Positions 24,532-39,407 of a stretch of DNA of 64,000 nt are shown here, in pieces. Origin of the DNA: Octopus vulgaris (lineage: Eukaryota); assembly GCA_951406725.2 (NCBI GenBank), contig OX597833.1, positions 16,492,001 through 16,556,000 on the forward strand. The letters are read 5' to 3'. The notes beneath the pieces were generated by a model. It did not search any database. It worked only from the letters and a program-made list of their open reading frames with translations, and was not told where the DNA came from. The position numbers were made by a program, and so were the translations under genes. Numbering within the stretch: the stretch's first letter is position 1; each line of letters opens with the position of its first letter.

Positions 24532-26166
24532 ATGTTTATTTTTTTGCTATTCCCTACCTTCACCAAACTTTGTTAGATTACATTTTTAATGAAATTGGAT
24601 CTTTACAGTTGCTATCACAAGTGTCATATTTTTTAATCTTTCTTTCATTTGTTTTCTCATTTGGTTGCACCAATTTAGTTTCATATGCTAATTATGAAAA
24701 AGAAATTCATTGCAATACATTGATAAATAAAAAAGTTTGCAGATAAATAAAAAGTTTGCAGATTTTGGGTAACCTTAGCCAATCAAAAGCCACCATTATA
24801 CACATGACTGTAAATCTCACATTGGCATCTGTTTCGATAGTAACAGGCAAAGCTGTAGTCTCTGTAAGAAGGATCTTGTACTCGCATGACTGACACTTTC
24901 ACCACCACATATTTTGATAAACGATATCACTTTGTACATGTGTTATCTCTGTCTGTCAGTTTGTGACATGTAGCTATCAGGCAGAAAATTCTCAGCTTTC
25001 AATTCATTTTTTCTGATTGGACTAAAAATTATCATACTTTGAAGCCATGTAACATCATCATAATCATGATCATCATCATCAATTAATGTCAGTTTTCCAT
25101 GCTGGCATGGGTTGGACAGTTTGACTGAGAACTGGTAAGTCAGTGAGCTGCACCAAGCTCCAGTCTGATCTGACTTGGTTTCTACAGCTCACTGCCCTTC
25201 CTAATGCCAACCACTCCAAGAGTGTAGTGGGTGCTTTTTATGTGCCACTGGCAAGGGTGCCAATTATGTAACACCTAACGTTTTTCTAAAATTTTTTTGG
25301 TTATATGGGTTGGTATGGGGGGAATGAAAAAAAAAACCCTATTTTTTGAAGGGATCATTTTACCTGCTCTCCACAGAACTTTATTAAATGCAAATTTTTT
25401 TAATCAAAAGTTTCATAGGGTACATATTTTAGGATGTAGATTACACTTATCTTCATAAAATCTCTTTTTTTAAAAAAGCTTTTTTCTAATATAAATTATA
25501 TATCTAATTAAACATTTACAGGTTACCTGATTGGTTTTTGTCTCTTAAAATGGAAGTAATCAAATTTTGGTTTTCACTTCCGTATTTCAGGTAATCCTTG
25601 ATGCTTTTTATACATACCTGCTTCTGAAAATGCCTTGTTCTCACCTGTACTCTCATGCAGTGTTACATCTAAATAATTGATGTATTGTAATTGAGTTTTT
25701 TTTGTTTTTTTTTGTTATAAATATTTCTAAGTAAATGCATGTTGCCTAAATGCCTTTTGTCTCTCAAAAATGAAAGGAAGCAAAATTAAATTTTCACTTT
25801 GAATTTTTTATGTAATCTTTGATATTTTTATAAGCAGTCCATTCCCTCTCCTCCTCCCCCTCCTCTTCACTGCCGCCAACGCCATCACCATCACCACCAC
25901 CACCACCACCACCACCACCACCATCATCCTCACATCTTCATCTTCATCATCCTCATCATTGGAAGATTTGTATTTGATATATTTATTTATATATATTTAT
26001 AAGTATTGTACTTATGGTATCATATTACTCATTGATGTGTACTGTTTTGTTCTGTATTATTGTGTTTGATCTTGTTGTTCCTATGGACTTGGTTAATAAA
26101 TTATGTGAATGGGAATTATCTGGTAGTTGATGATTGATTAAAGTGTATTCCTCCATTTTCTTATTT

Positions 26167-26213
<47 letters not shown>

Positions 26214-26378
26214 TAAATTAGAGATAAAACCACTATTAGGCAAATCAAACAGTGAAAAACATAAACCAAAACATAAAAATAAAAATAATTAATATAATTT
26301 ACAAAATATATAAAATATAAAATTTAAAATTTAAATTATTTAAATTTAAAATTATTAATTTATATTTATATTTATATT

Positions 26379-26440
<62 letters not shown>

Positions 26441-26566
26441 AATAAGAGTAAATAATTTCTATAATGGTTTTTAAAAATAGACCACAATTATTTACTGGTA
26501 GAATTCGGTATGTAAATATAACCGATTAATGGTAGGAACTTCTGTAAAGTTCAGTATATATATTGT

Positions 26567-26789
26567 ATATAAGAAAAAAGGGACAGGCAACAGGTTGCTT
26601 GACCACATACCGAAAAAGTAGAAATAGCAGTCAAGAATGCTTATTTCTATTCCTTCTGTTTTGCATATGTGAATTGCAGGGTTTGTCGTGTGTGGAGCCC
26701 CACTTGTGGAAAATAGAAATAAGCATTCTTGACTGCTATTTCTACTTTTTCGGTATGCGGTCAAGCAACCTGTTGCCTGTCCCTTTTTT

Positions 26790-26795
<6 letters not shown>
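26567..26795. repeat. Fold-back inverted repeat at (TA)n
   Basis: Near-identical arms of about 86 bp with a spacer of about 55 bp; contains GAAATAGCAGTCAA. Confidence 0.92.
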
Positions 26796-26835
<40 letters not shown>

Positions 26836-28815
26836 CTAAGAGAGTATACGTAATTAATGATTTTTGTGATACGGTAATGTGGACTGGCTGTACAAAAACC
26901 AACTGTGTTTCACTGCCTTATTCAATAGCCAGCACTTAATCTGTCATGTGCAATAGAACCAGTCTTATCAACAAGTGAATTTTTATCAGTCACACAACAG
27001 TTTGTTGAACCAGACTGCTGCACAATAGCTTAATAGTAGTAAATCTTTCTCATGAACTTCGCAGGAAGGTTGACATTTTTTTAATGAGAAAATCATTTTC
27101 AGTCCATTACCAGTGAACAGTGAATTGTTGTGTAAATTGAAGCTATAGGCTGACTTTAATGTCGCATTTTTAACAAATTCAGTCTTAAATTACAAGGCAA
27201 TTCTCAGCTTATCATCATCGGCGCAGGAGTGGCTGTGTGGTAAGTAGCTTGCTTACCAACCACATGGTTCCGGGTTCAGTCCCACTGCGTGGCACCTTGG
27301 GCAAGTGTCTTCTACTATAGCCTCAGGCCGACCAAAGCCTTGTGAGTGGATTTGGTAGACGGAAATTGAAAGAAGCCCATCATATATATGTATATGTATA
27401 TATATGCATATGTATATATATGTGTTTGTGTGTGTATGTTTGTCCCCCCCAACATTGCTTGACAACTGATGCTGGTGTGTTTACGTCCCTGTAACTTAGC
27501 GGTTTGGCAAAAGAGACCGATAGAATTAGTACTAGGCTTACAAAGAATAAGTCCTGATGGTCGATTTGCTTGACTAAAGGTGTTGCTCCAGCATGCTCGC
27601 AGTCAAATGACTGAAACCAGTAAAAGAGTAAAAGAGTAAGTTATCCTCAAACCAAAGACCTGGCTCCAAATGTCTGCAACAAAGTGGACACCACTAAAGG
27701 TAACTACTGGCCAGGTGGCACCTTTAAATCAAGCGATGGATTAATGTCTACAAACTTAAAATGAGAATAGTCCCTTTTCTTTCACAAGTCTTTGGTTGAC
27801 GCAAGGGAACAGTAGAAAACATACCAAAGGAGCCCTACAAGAGATTGAACCTGGAGCTATGTGGTTGCCAAGCAAACCACTTAACTACAAAATCATATAT
27901 GTGTGCCCATTATTTTGGGTCAAGTGTTCTGTTACTCATTTCCTTTATTTGACTGTGGCCATGCTGGAGCACCTCCATAAAGTGTTTTTAGTCGCAGAAA
28001 TCAACCCCAGGACTTATACTTTACAAGCTTAGTATTTATTCTATCAGTCTCTTTCGCTGAACCTTTAAGTTATGGGGATGTAAACACACCAACATCAGTT
28101 GTCAAGTGAGGGTTGTGGGGCAAACACTGACACACACACACATAAATACAAACATATATGTACATATATATGATGGGCTTCTTTCAGTTTCCATTTACCA
28201 AATTCACTCACTGGGCTTTGGTCAGCCTGAGGCTATAGTAGAAGACACTTTCCCAAGGTGCCCCGCAATGGGACTGAACCCAGAACCATGGGGTTGGGAG
28301 GTAAGCTTCTTACCACACAGGCACTCATAAGTGATTCACCTCTCTTCCACAAAATTCAAATCAGATGAAATGAAACCAAACTATATTCTTTTAATTAACC
28401 TCTGGTACTCTGTCAGCCATGATGACAAGTATTCCAGTTGACCTAATTAATGGAACAGCCTGCTTGTGAAATTAACATACAAGTGGCTGAGTACTCCACA
28501 GACACGTGTACCCTTAATGTAGTTCTCAGGGAGATTCAGTGTGACACAGGGTGTGACAAGGCTGGCTCTTTGAAATACAGGTACAACTCATTTTTACCAG
28601 CTGAGTGGACTGGAGTAACATGAAATATAATGTCTTGCTCAAGGATACAACAACACAGCCAGGAATTGAACTCATGAACTTACAATCATGAACCGAAACC
28701 ATTACCACTAAGCCACATACCTCCATATCTTTAATAAACCAAAGACATTTCATTAATCCTTGAGACTGCTTTATGAGCTGTCTCTTCTTCTTCTTCCTCC
28801 TCCTCCTCCTCCTCC

Positions 28816-28847
<32 letters not shown>

Positions 28848-28879
28848 TTCTTCTTCTTCTTCTTCTTCTTCTTCTTCTT

Positions 28880-29005
28880 CTTCTTCTTCTTCTTCTTCTT
28901 CCAATCAGGACTCACGCCATTAGCCACAAGGAATAATCCTCTAATTCGAGCCTACTCTAAGCTACTAAGAATGTGTGTGGCAACTTGAAGATACACCCAC
29001 CACAC
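28880..29005 (-). mobile_element. 3' end of an unclassified retroelement with a (GAA)n tail
   Basis: Reverse-complement match to 3515-3627, followed by (GAA)/(GAT)/(GGA) triplet runs at 28783-28880. Confidence 0.55.
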
Positions 29006-30482
29006 AAGATAGACTGGCCGTTGCATGGGCGCGAAAGCTACGTTGTTATCCTCATTCCGTAAACGGTGGCTTTTAACAGGTGGAGAGCTGAACCATCCTG
29101 GGGTACAAAGGATTCGCAACCTAGACTAGGATCTGAAAGTTTACCACACCATAGTGGGTTACACCATGGTTCCTCTGTTTTGTGGCAGAAGTAGGAAGAA
29201 AGAGTGAGAGAAAGTTGTGGTGAAAGAGTACAGCGGGGTTCACCTCCACCCCCCACCGGAGCCTTGTGGAGTTAGGTGTTTTTGCTCAATAAAAACTCAC
29301 AATGCTCGATCTAGGAATCGAAACCACATTCTTATGACCGTGAGTCTGCTGCCCCAACCACTGGGTCATTGCGCCTCCACTGTTGTTGTTGCTGTTTGTT
29401 TGTTTGTTGAGCGAAGCGGTCTTCGTCCCATTCGTGGGAGAAGTTCGAAACATGGTCCTTTGCTATTCGTAAGACCTGCAGAAGAGAAAGCAGGTCAACC
29501 CCCGACACCGAGAGCATTGAGGCTCAGCGGTTGCATAGGAAGTCAGGGACAAGAAACAGGAAGAAAGAGTGAGAGAAAGTTGGAGCGATAGAGTATAACA
29601 GGGGTCGCCACCACCCCCTGCCAGAGCCTCGTGGAGCTTTAGGTGTTTTCGCTCAATAAACACACACAACGCCCGGTCTGAGAATCGAAACCGCGATCCT
29701 CCGACCGCGAGTCCGCTGCCCTAACCACTGGGCCATTGCACCCCCACTGTTTTTGCTGTTCATTCCCAAGTTGATCCTAATTGAACAGACCAGCAATTAA
29801 AGACATTCCTTCCATGGTTATCCCGACTTTTTTTTTTTTATTCTTATTTTTATCAGGTATGGTCTACCTCGGATTGCGTTGTCCAGTTTAAGGTTATTTA
29901 TTTTCCGTAATCAAAACTTGTTCAGACTCTCACAATCTTTATACACCAACAAAGGTCAACAATGCAAGTTCACCTTCAGAGCAGAAATTTCCAGTTTACG
30001 TACGTCATAGCAGGCTGGTAACATCTTCGTTTATCCTTCAATGTTTATTTCATCAACCATGAACGAATTTACATTGACATTTCAACGGTTTTTGCACCAT
30101 TGAAAGCTGTTGTTCTTTTATTTAACAAGACAGAAAGGAAAATACGTATGTTATGGATGCATTTATGTATGATTAGTTAGTATCTGATTTAGACAAGGTT
30201 TTGCTTGATATTTGATACTTAATACTTATTATATGCTTGTTAGTATTTTTATAAAAAAGCTGTGTTGTGTATGACCTTTTCCTTTCCGTATTTTCAATGA
30301 CAACGCTGAGATTCTTTTCGGCTTTTTTTTTTGTAAAGGGAAATAACTTTAGTTTTCGAGTGACGTTGTTTGGAGGGTGAAAGAGAAAAACGAAGAGTTA
30401 GTAATAGAGAGAGAGAGAGATGCAGTGATAGAGAGAGATATATAGAAAGGGGAAAATTGGATGTCTTGAGTGAGAGAGAAAG

Positions 30483-30515
<33 letters not shown>

Positions 30516-30694
30516 TAGAGTTAAGCAGAGCGGGAGATAGAGATAGAGCTAGAGAGATGGACAGACAGACAAATATATGTATATAAAGAGAAAGAGCGAG
30601 AGAGAGGTAAGCAGAAAGGTAGAGAGAGAGAGATAGGCAGAGATATAGATAGATATATAGATAGATAGATAGATAGAGATAGGCAGATGATAGG

Positions 30695-30754
<60 letters not shown>

Positions 30755-30994
30755 TAGACAGAGAGAGAGAAAAGGTCAGAGAGAGAAACAGACAAATAGA
30801 TCGACAGAGAGCGAGAGAGATAGAGATAAGCAGAGAGAGAGAGTTAGAGAGATAACCAGACAGACAAGGTGGTGCTCCAGCATGGCCACAGTCAAAGGAC
30901 TGAAACAAATAAAACAATATATATAGAGATAGAGTGAGAGAGAGGTAAACAGAAAGGAAGAGAGAGAGACAGCAACAGATAGGCAGAGAAATAG

Positions 30995-31058
<64 letters not shown>

Positions 31059-33779
31059 TGAGAAAGATGGTGATGGTGAGAGATAAAGATGAAAGAAAGA
31101 ATAAGTAGAAGGTAGATAAGGAGAAAAATGGAAAAATTAATTTTAACTCTTCAGCCTTTAAACCAACCATATCCAGCCCAAATATTCTGGCTGTGTGGTA
31201 AGTAGCTTGTTTACCAACCACATGGTTCCGGGTTCAGTCCCACTGCGTGGCACCTTGGGCAAGTGTCTTCTGCTATAGCCTCGGGCCGACCAAAGCCTTG
31301 TGAGTGGATTTGGTAGATGGAAACTGAAAGAAGCCCATCATATATATGCATATGTATATATATATGTGTGTGTGTCCCCCAACCGATGCTGGTGTGTTTA
31401 TGCCCATGTAACTTAGCGGTTTGGCAAAAGAGACCAATAGAATAAGTACTGGGCTTACAAAAGAATAAGTCCCGGGGTCGAGTTGCTCGATTAAAGGCGG
31501 TGCTCCAGTATGGCCGCACTCAAATGACTGAAACAAGTAAAAGAGAAAAAGAGAGTTATGTTCCAGACACTCCAGATCTGACCTCTCACACCTTCCCTGC
31601 AATGTTTTTCTAAAAATAAACAACAGCATTCAGATCCAATAATAGTAAAGGTGTAAGTAACGAGGTTTAACCCTTTAGCATTTAAACCGGCCATATCCGG
31701 CCAAAAGTATTCTGCCTATTTTATGTTCAAACTGACCAGGTCTGACCTCTTCACACCAATCCTACAATATCGTTTTAAAAATTAACAGCTACCTCATCAA
31801 AATCTCATAGCATCAAGATAATGCCTGATTAGTTCAAGGCAATGTAGATAAAAAGGGATTAATTTTGGCAGAATAATGCGAACACTAATGGGTTAACATT
31901 GATTGTAATTCTTCAGTAATCTTTAAAAGGAATAATGATCAGGTACAGGAGCCAATATAATTATCATGTTCACAGTTTACCTTTAAGTACCCACATTTTT
32001 GGCTCATCACCATTGTTTTCTGCAAGTGGTCACATGACTGTACCTGTTCATGCTGATTGGCTATTTTAAGCCATCCAATCAGATTACTTGCCCAATCAGA
32101 AAAGTGTGGTCTGCTTGAGCTTACCCTTAGCTACTTAAAGAATGCTTTTTCCCCACTGTTTTCTTCAGTGAAGTGGGTTGCATGATGGACTTCGGATCTT
32201 CAGCATAGAGCTAGTTTTATTCCACTATGAAGTCCCAGTGAGGAGAGAATTATTACCAAAGATTTTTGTTGCCATGCTATGTGTTTTTCCCATGCATATC
32301 TTCATATTCAAGCTTCTGGAGGAACCAACTCTTTTTCATTAACAGAATTATTCATCTGTACCAGTTTGCTGTTTTGTCTTTTAAAGGTGAAATAAATGTG
32401 GCAGACGTCTTTAACTTGTGTCTTTGTATTCCTTGATGTTCTTTATCATGGCTCGTTTAAAACCAGAAGATTATAATTTTACCAGGGCCTTAGCCACATT
32501 CATCTTTTTCACCATGCTAAAATAACGTTAGGAATCAATATATTAATAGATTTCTAATAAATAAAAGAAAATTGACCTTAACATATACTTTGCTTCATTC
32601 TGAAGTCACATTTTCCACACTTGAAATTAAAACAAATTGAGTTGGTGTAACCGAAGTACTTTTGAAGATGGTCATTCTAGAAATTAAAACAAGATAAGAG
32701 TTGATGCAGTTTATTCAAGCCAGGAACTCACGACTTTACAATCATGAACTGAATATTTGGGAGAGAAATCCACTGACAAGGTCTTGGTCTGTTTATAATG
32801 GTTGAGTGCTCTGTGGTCAGAGGTTAGTCCTAAGAAGGACTAGAACCAAAGACAAGCTCTGTGGTCAATGGTCTAGGACCAAAGACGCAATACGGTTTGT
32901 CAGTTTGTCACATAAAGAACCACAGAGTAGAAATGAACTCAAAACCATGTGATTGGGAAATAAACTTATTGGTCACAATGTCCCACCTGTGTCTGTTATT
33001 CTAGCAGAGTAACAGTTTTTCTTCTTGTCAACAGTATTGGTGAGGTGGCATGAAGAATGAGATCTACAAATCCCAGAGTATTCTGTGGCGATGAGCATTT
33101 TTAATCCCCTCCCTGGCGTTAGTGATGGCAGTTGTAAATTTGGAGTAGTACTATATACCCCAACTCAAGTATATCCCAACTCAAGTAAAGCATAATGCCA
33201 CACCATGTCATAGGAACTATGGCATTTTCCATTTTCTCCATTTTTGTTAACGATATTTCATACACCAGGTGAGACCACTATGGACTTAGGGAAAAAGTGG
33301 TGTTCATAACACCCTACTTTAAACTTTCTTGTCAGACCGCTGTCAATGACAACTGTCATTGGAAGTCAGTCCCTGCTTCAACATGAGCACAGTCTTAATA
33401 ACCCTCTCGGCACATTTAAGAGCACGGAATAGATACGGCTAAAGATCTTAATTGCATTTTCCCTGTAAGTTGGAATCAGCTCCAAGGTGGTGCCCCAGTA
33501 TGGCTACAGTCCAAAGACTGAAACAAGTAAAAGATAAAATAACTACTGGAATTATAACAGATGATTCATATACTATTCAAAGACAAACAAAACCGTGTTA
33601 AGTATATTTGGTAATACACAGTAACCAAGAAAAGGTTAGTTTTCTAAAGTTGAAATTGAAGTCAAATGTTATTTGTTTTGACATCCGATATACGCAATCT
33701 GTAACCATGAGCAACCACGTAACCTTTTAGATTTCACACTAATTCTTTCTTTACTGATCGATTCTCAATGACCTTCTCA

Positions 33780-34410
33780 CTGGTCACTTTTCTCCACCAC
33801 TTCCTTCTATCCTTTGCCACCCCCGTTTCATACCTCCTTCACTTCAACCCTCCTTCCTCTCTTCTTCATTTCTTTCCTTCTTACCTCCCTCTTTCACCCT
33901 TTGTTCCTGCTTGCCTTTTTATTCCTACTTTCAGTTTCTCTTTCTTTCTGTCTTTCTTGTTGTTTTTTCATCTCTTTCTTCCCTTCTTTCCTTCTCTCTT
34001 TTTTTTTACCTACCTTTCTTCTTTCCTTTCACATTCTTTCTTTCTTTCTTTCTTTCTTTTGTTTTTCGATTTTGTTGTTTCTTTCATTTCTTTCTTCCCT
34101 TCCTTCTCTCTTTCTTTTTTATCTACCTTTTTTCTTTCCTTCCACTTTCTGTCCTTTCTTTCTTTCTTTCGTTTTTCTTTTTTATTGTTTCTTTCATTTC
34201 TTTCTTCCCTTCCTTCTTTCTTTTTACTTAACTTTGTTCATTCTTTCCACCTTCTTTCTTTCTTCCCTTCCTTCTTGCTTTCTTTCATTTTCTTTCTTTT
34301 TTTTTACTTTCCTTAGTTCTTTCTTTCCACCTTCTGTCCTTTCTTTCTTTCTTTCTTTCTTTCTTCCCATTTCCTTCCTGTCATTTTTCTTTCTTTTTTC
34401 CTCCTTTATT
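33780..34410. repeat. Polypyrimidine (CTTT/CTT) low-complexity tract
   Basis: Read directly from the sequence. Confidence 0.9.
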
Positions 34411-34606
34411 CTTTTACTTGTTTCAGTCATTTGACTGTGGCCATGCTGGAGCATCGCCTTTAGTCGAGCAAATCGACCCCAGGATTTAGTTGTTGTAAGC
34501 CTAGTACTTATTCTATCGGTCTCTTTTGCCGAACCGCTAAGTTACGGGGACGTAAACACACCAGCATTGGTTGTTATGCGATGCTGGGGGGGACAAACAC
34601 AGACAG

Positions 34607-34656
<50 letters not shown>

Positions 34657-35051
34657 GACAGGCTTCTTTCAGTTTCTGTCTACCAAATCCACTCACACAG
34701 CTTTGGTCGACCCGAGGCTATAGTAAAAGACACTTGCCCAAGGTGCCATGCAGTAGGACTGAACCCGGAACCATGTGGCTGGTAAGCAAGCTACTTACCA
34801 CACAGCCACTCTTCCTTCTTTCTTTCTATTTATTCATTCTTTCTAATTTTTTCTTTTACCTCTTTCAAGGTAAAAAAAAAATCACAATTAATTACAGGTA
34901 TTTCGAATATGCATTTGGATGTTTGATGCGAGGTCTCACAGTAGCGAAAACAAACCAAACCCGTAAACAAAGACATTTTCAGGAAGATGGAAGTCAGTAG
35001 AAACGGTAGAAACAGTGTAAGAATTAAATGTCTTTTAATGTTTATTATTAA

Positions 35052-35519
35052 CTAGCAGTATCGCCCGGCGTTGCTCGGGTTTGTAAGGGAAATAACTATA
35101 TAAGCATTATTAGAGAGTTATAGCCAAAAAATAGCAAAAAAATGCATTAAAAATGGTTGACTCATCGTAGACATTTTTAGAGAGTTACTTCCCTTATATA
35201 ATAGCGAAAAAATGCATTAAAATGGAAAAAAATGATGGTAAATTTTTTTTTAAATCGTAGACTCATCGTAGACATTTTTAGAGAGTTACTTCCCTTATAT
35301 AATAGCGAAAAAAAATGCATTAAAATGGAAAAGAATGATGGTAAATTTTTTTTTAAATCGTAGACTCATCGTAGACGCGCGCTAATATCCAGAAGGGCTC
35401 GATATGAATTACGACTATAAGATACCCGGTTTTGGTTAAACTGCACCGCTAAATGTGGGAGTAGTTAGGAATCTAAATCGTAGGAGACAGACACACAACT
35501 TGACTTTTATATATAAAGA
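35052..35519 (-). mobile_element. Non-autonomous Helitron
   Basis: On the minus strand: 5' TC, subterminal hairpin CCCGAGCAACGCCGGG, 3' CTAG, inserted at A|T. Sister copy at 56553-56950. Confidence 0.85.
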
Positions 35520-35763
35520 TATTGAGTCTAGAACTTTATAGGATTCTTTGATTCTTTTACTCGTTTCAGTCATTGGATAGCAGCCATACTGGGGCACCGG
35601 CGTGAAGGACTTTGTCGCACAAAGCAATCCCAGTACTTTTTTTTAAAGTTTGCTCCTTGTTCCGTCCGCCACCTTTGGCAAACCACTAACTTGCGTAAAT
35701 GTAAACAAACCAGCATCTTTGTTTACATTTGACGGATATTTGTCCTCATCTTGTTTGTTGTTA

Positions 35764-35807
35764 ACACAGCGTTTCAGCTGATATACCCTCCAGCCTTTAT
35801 CAAGTGT
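35764..35807 (-). ncRNA. Degenerate minimal hammerhead-like motif
   Basis: ACAC-TTGATAA-A-GGCTG-gagggtatat-CAGCT-GAAACGCT-GTGT. Confidence 0.5.
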
Positions 35808-35908
35808 CTTGTGTCTTTGTTTAGTAAACTGAAGTTTGATTAACAAAACACGAATAGACTGCACATGCGTATAAAGTGCTGGAAGAGCCACTTATAAAAG
35901 GAAAACAT

Positions 35909-35971
<63 letters not shown>

Positions 35972-36286
35972 CACACACCCGCACACACACACACGCACGC
36001 ACACACACACACACACACACACACTCACATACACACACACACACAACAGACATTTACACACGCATATATTCTCTTTTTCTCTTTTCTCTTTTACTTGTTT
36101 CAGTCATTTGACTGCGGCCATGCTGGAGCACCGCCTTTAGTCGAGCAAATCGACCCCGGGACTTATTCTTTGTAAGCCCAGTACTTATTCTATCAGTCTC
36201 TTTTGCCGAACCGCTAAGTTACAGGGACGTAAACACACCAGCATCGGTCGTCAAGCAATGCTAAGGGGACAAACACAGACACACAA

Positions 36287-36341
<55 letters not shown>

Positions 36342-37369
36342 TACGACAGGCTTCTTTCAGCTTCCGTCTACCAAATCCACTCACAAGGCATTGGTCGGTC
36401 CGGGGCTATAGCAGAAGACATTTGCCCAAGATGCCACGCAGTGGGACTGAACCCGGAACCATGTGGTTGGTTAGCAATGCATACAAACAATTAGATTTAT
36501 GTATTTGCTATTGAGGATTGCCAAATAAAACATGATTTCACACCTGTCTGTGAGTTTGGATGTGGCTTGGACCAGATTACCTATGTTTATATGCATTTCA
36601 GTTTCCCTAGTAACGAACAATTTGGTTAACGAACAGAGCTCCGAAATGAATTTGCAGAACTACCGTACGAAAGGAGATGGTGACGAATGACTGTCTCCTT
36701 TTAAACACCCCACGGTCGCCTTACAATAAAAGCCAAAATAAGTGGTAAAAGGAATATGACGACACAACCGATATGTTTAAGAGAAAGGTTTTATTTAGGT
36801 GTTGACATGTGGGTAGCAGAAATAAAGCAAGAGACAAAACTGCACCAAAACCAACCAATCAGAGCAGCGGACACAACTGGGCCTAAACAGCCGAGGGCCG
36901 GCTGTTATACGCCACGTCCACATTTGTATTATATCTCTCAAGGAGAGATAATGTATTTCACTAAGCGCTACAAATTATGTTCAAATATACTAACAGTTTC
37001 TTATATGGATCACAACCTTGAACTTTGTTTAAAACACACTCTAATAATTTCTTATCAGTTTATTGTGTCACGAAATGGGAAACATTTTGAACTGTGGACT
37101 ACTTTTTACAATTCAGTATTGCACCATTGTTGATTAATATCAGGTGCAATATAAGAAAGCAAGCAAGAGTGGCTGTGTGGTAAGTAGCTTGCTTACCAAC
37201 CACATGGTTACGGGTTCAGTCCCACTACGTGGCACCTTGGCCAAAGTGTCTTCTACTATAGCTTCGGGCCGATCAAAGCCTTGTGAGTGGATTTGGTAGA
37301 CGGAAACAGAAAGAAGCCCGTCATATATATGTATATGTATATATATGCGCGTGTGTGTGTGTGTGTGTG

Positions 37370-37413
<44 letters not shown>

Positions 37414-38049
37414 TACCCCCAACATTGCTTAACAACCGATGCTGGTGTGTCTACATCCCCGTAACATAGGGGTTCGGCAAAAGAGACCGCTAGAATAAGT
37501 ACTAAGCTTACAAAGAATAAGTCCTGGGGTCGATTTGCTCGACTAAAAAGGTGGTGCTCCAGCATGGCCACAGTCAAAGGACTGAAACAAGTAAAAGAGT
37601 AAAAGAGAATCATTAACACGCCGGGCGAAATGCGTAGCCGTATTTCGTCTGCCACTACGTTCTGAGTTCAAATTCCTCCGAGGTCGACTTTGCCTTTCAT
37701 CCTTTCGGGGTCGATTAAATAAGTACCAGTTACACACTGGGGTCGATATTATCGACTTAATCCGTCTGTCTGTCCTTGTTTGTCCTCTCTGTGTTTAGCC
37801 GCTTGTGGGTAGTAAAGAAATAGGTATTTCGTCTGCCGCTACGCTCTGAGTTCAAATTCCAGCGAGGTCGACTTTGTTTTTCATCCTTTCGGGGGCGATA
37901 AATTAAGTACCTGTTGCGTATTGGGATCTAATCGACTGTCCCCACCTCCCCCAAAATTTCGGGCCTTGTGCCTAGATTAGAAAAGAATCTGTGGCAACTC
38001 TAAGGCGGCGATCTGGCAGAAACATTGGCACGCCGAGCAAAATGCTCAA

Positions 38050-38820
38050 CGGTATTTCGTCTGTCTTTACGTTCTGTGTTCAAATTCAGCCGTGGTCGAC
38101 TTTGCATTTCATACATTCGGGGTCGATAAATTAAGTACCAGTTACGCACTGGGGTCGATGTAATCGTCTAAATTTGTTTGTCCTCTCTATGTTTAGCCCC
38201 TTGTGGGTCGTAAAGAAATAGATATTTCGTCTGACTTTACGTTCTGAGTTCAAATTCCGCCGGGGTCGACTTTGCCTTTCATCCATTCGGGGTTGATAAA
38301 TTAAGTACCAGTTACGCACTGGGGTCGATGTAATCGACTAAATCTGTTTGTCCTCTCTGTGTTTAGCCCCTTGTGGGTAGTAAAGAAATAGATATTTCGT
38401 CTGTCTTCACGTTCTGAGTTCAAATTCCGCCGGGTTCGACTTTGCCTGTCATTCATTCGGGGTCGATAAATTAAGTACCAGTTACGCGCTGGGGTCGATG
38501 TAATCGACTAAATCTGTTTGTCCTCTCTGTGTTTAGCCCCTTGTGGGTAGTAAAGAAATAGATATTTCGTCTGTCTTTACGTTCTGAGTTCAAATTCCGC
38601 CGGGGTCGACTTTGCCTGTCATTCATTCGGGGTCGATAAATTAAGTACCAGTTACGCACTGAGGTCGATGTAATCGACTAAATCTGTTTGTCCTCTCTGT
38701 GTTTAGCCCCTTGTGGGTAGTAAAGAAATAGATATTTCGTCTGTCTTTACGTTCTGATTTCAAATTCCACCGGGGTCGACTTTGCCTTTCATCCATTCTG
38801 GGGCGATAAATTAAGTACCA
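38050..38820 (+). repeat. 170-bp tandem array of head-truncated SINE family 2 units
   Basis: TTAAGTACCA recurs at 38131, 38301, 38471, 38641 and 38811. Confidence 0.92.
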
Positions 38821-39031
38821 ATCGACTGGCTCCACCTCCCCAAAAATTTCGGGTCTTGTGCCTAGAATAGAAAAAAAATATGTGACAACTCTTGTTCAAT
38901 AAATATTATTCTATTATAATATATTTTTAGTATTTTCTCTTTGTATATTTGCAAACAGTTTCCACAAAAAGCCAATCCTTATGGTTTTATTGAGAAGTAC
39001 TAAGACAAATTCTGTACAATTTTATCACACA

Positions 39032-39407
39032 CTAGCGTTGCTCGGGTTTGTTTCGACCCTTTAGAATTGGAATTTTTGAAAAGTAAAAATTTTACATTAT
39101 GTAGCTTGTTATTCTCTTTAAGTGAACATTTTTCTGGTTGAAATACACCGAGAAATGGCAACACAGCAGTAAAAAAATCGTAAAAAATAGGGATTTGCAT
39201 AGAAAAAAAAGCACCTTTTTGATGTAAATAATTTTTTGTGTTAACATGGTCCGATTTGAATTTTTTCTTCTACGGAAGGAAGAGCAAGCCTTCTTCTATC
39301 ATACTCACAATGTTGGTCAACTTGCCCCGCAGGGTCTCGGAGGAGATAATGTTAGTTGAAGGCTACCAATCCTGCCATACACAGACAACTTCAGTTTTAT
39401 ATATAGA
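39032..39407 (-). mobile_element. Non-autonomous Helitron, related subfamily
   Basis: TC...CCCGAGCAACG-CTAG termini shared with 35052-35519, but the interior differs. Confidence 0.7.

Noticed and set aside
38050-38820. CRISPR-like array (also considered for the 18-bp repeat)
   Set aside because: There are no unique spacers, the units are SINE-derived, the context is eukaryotic and no cas genes are present.
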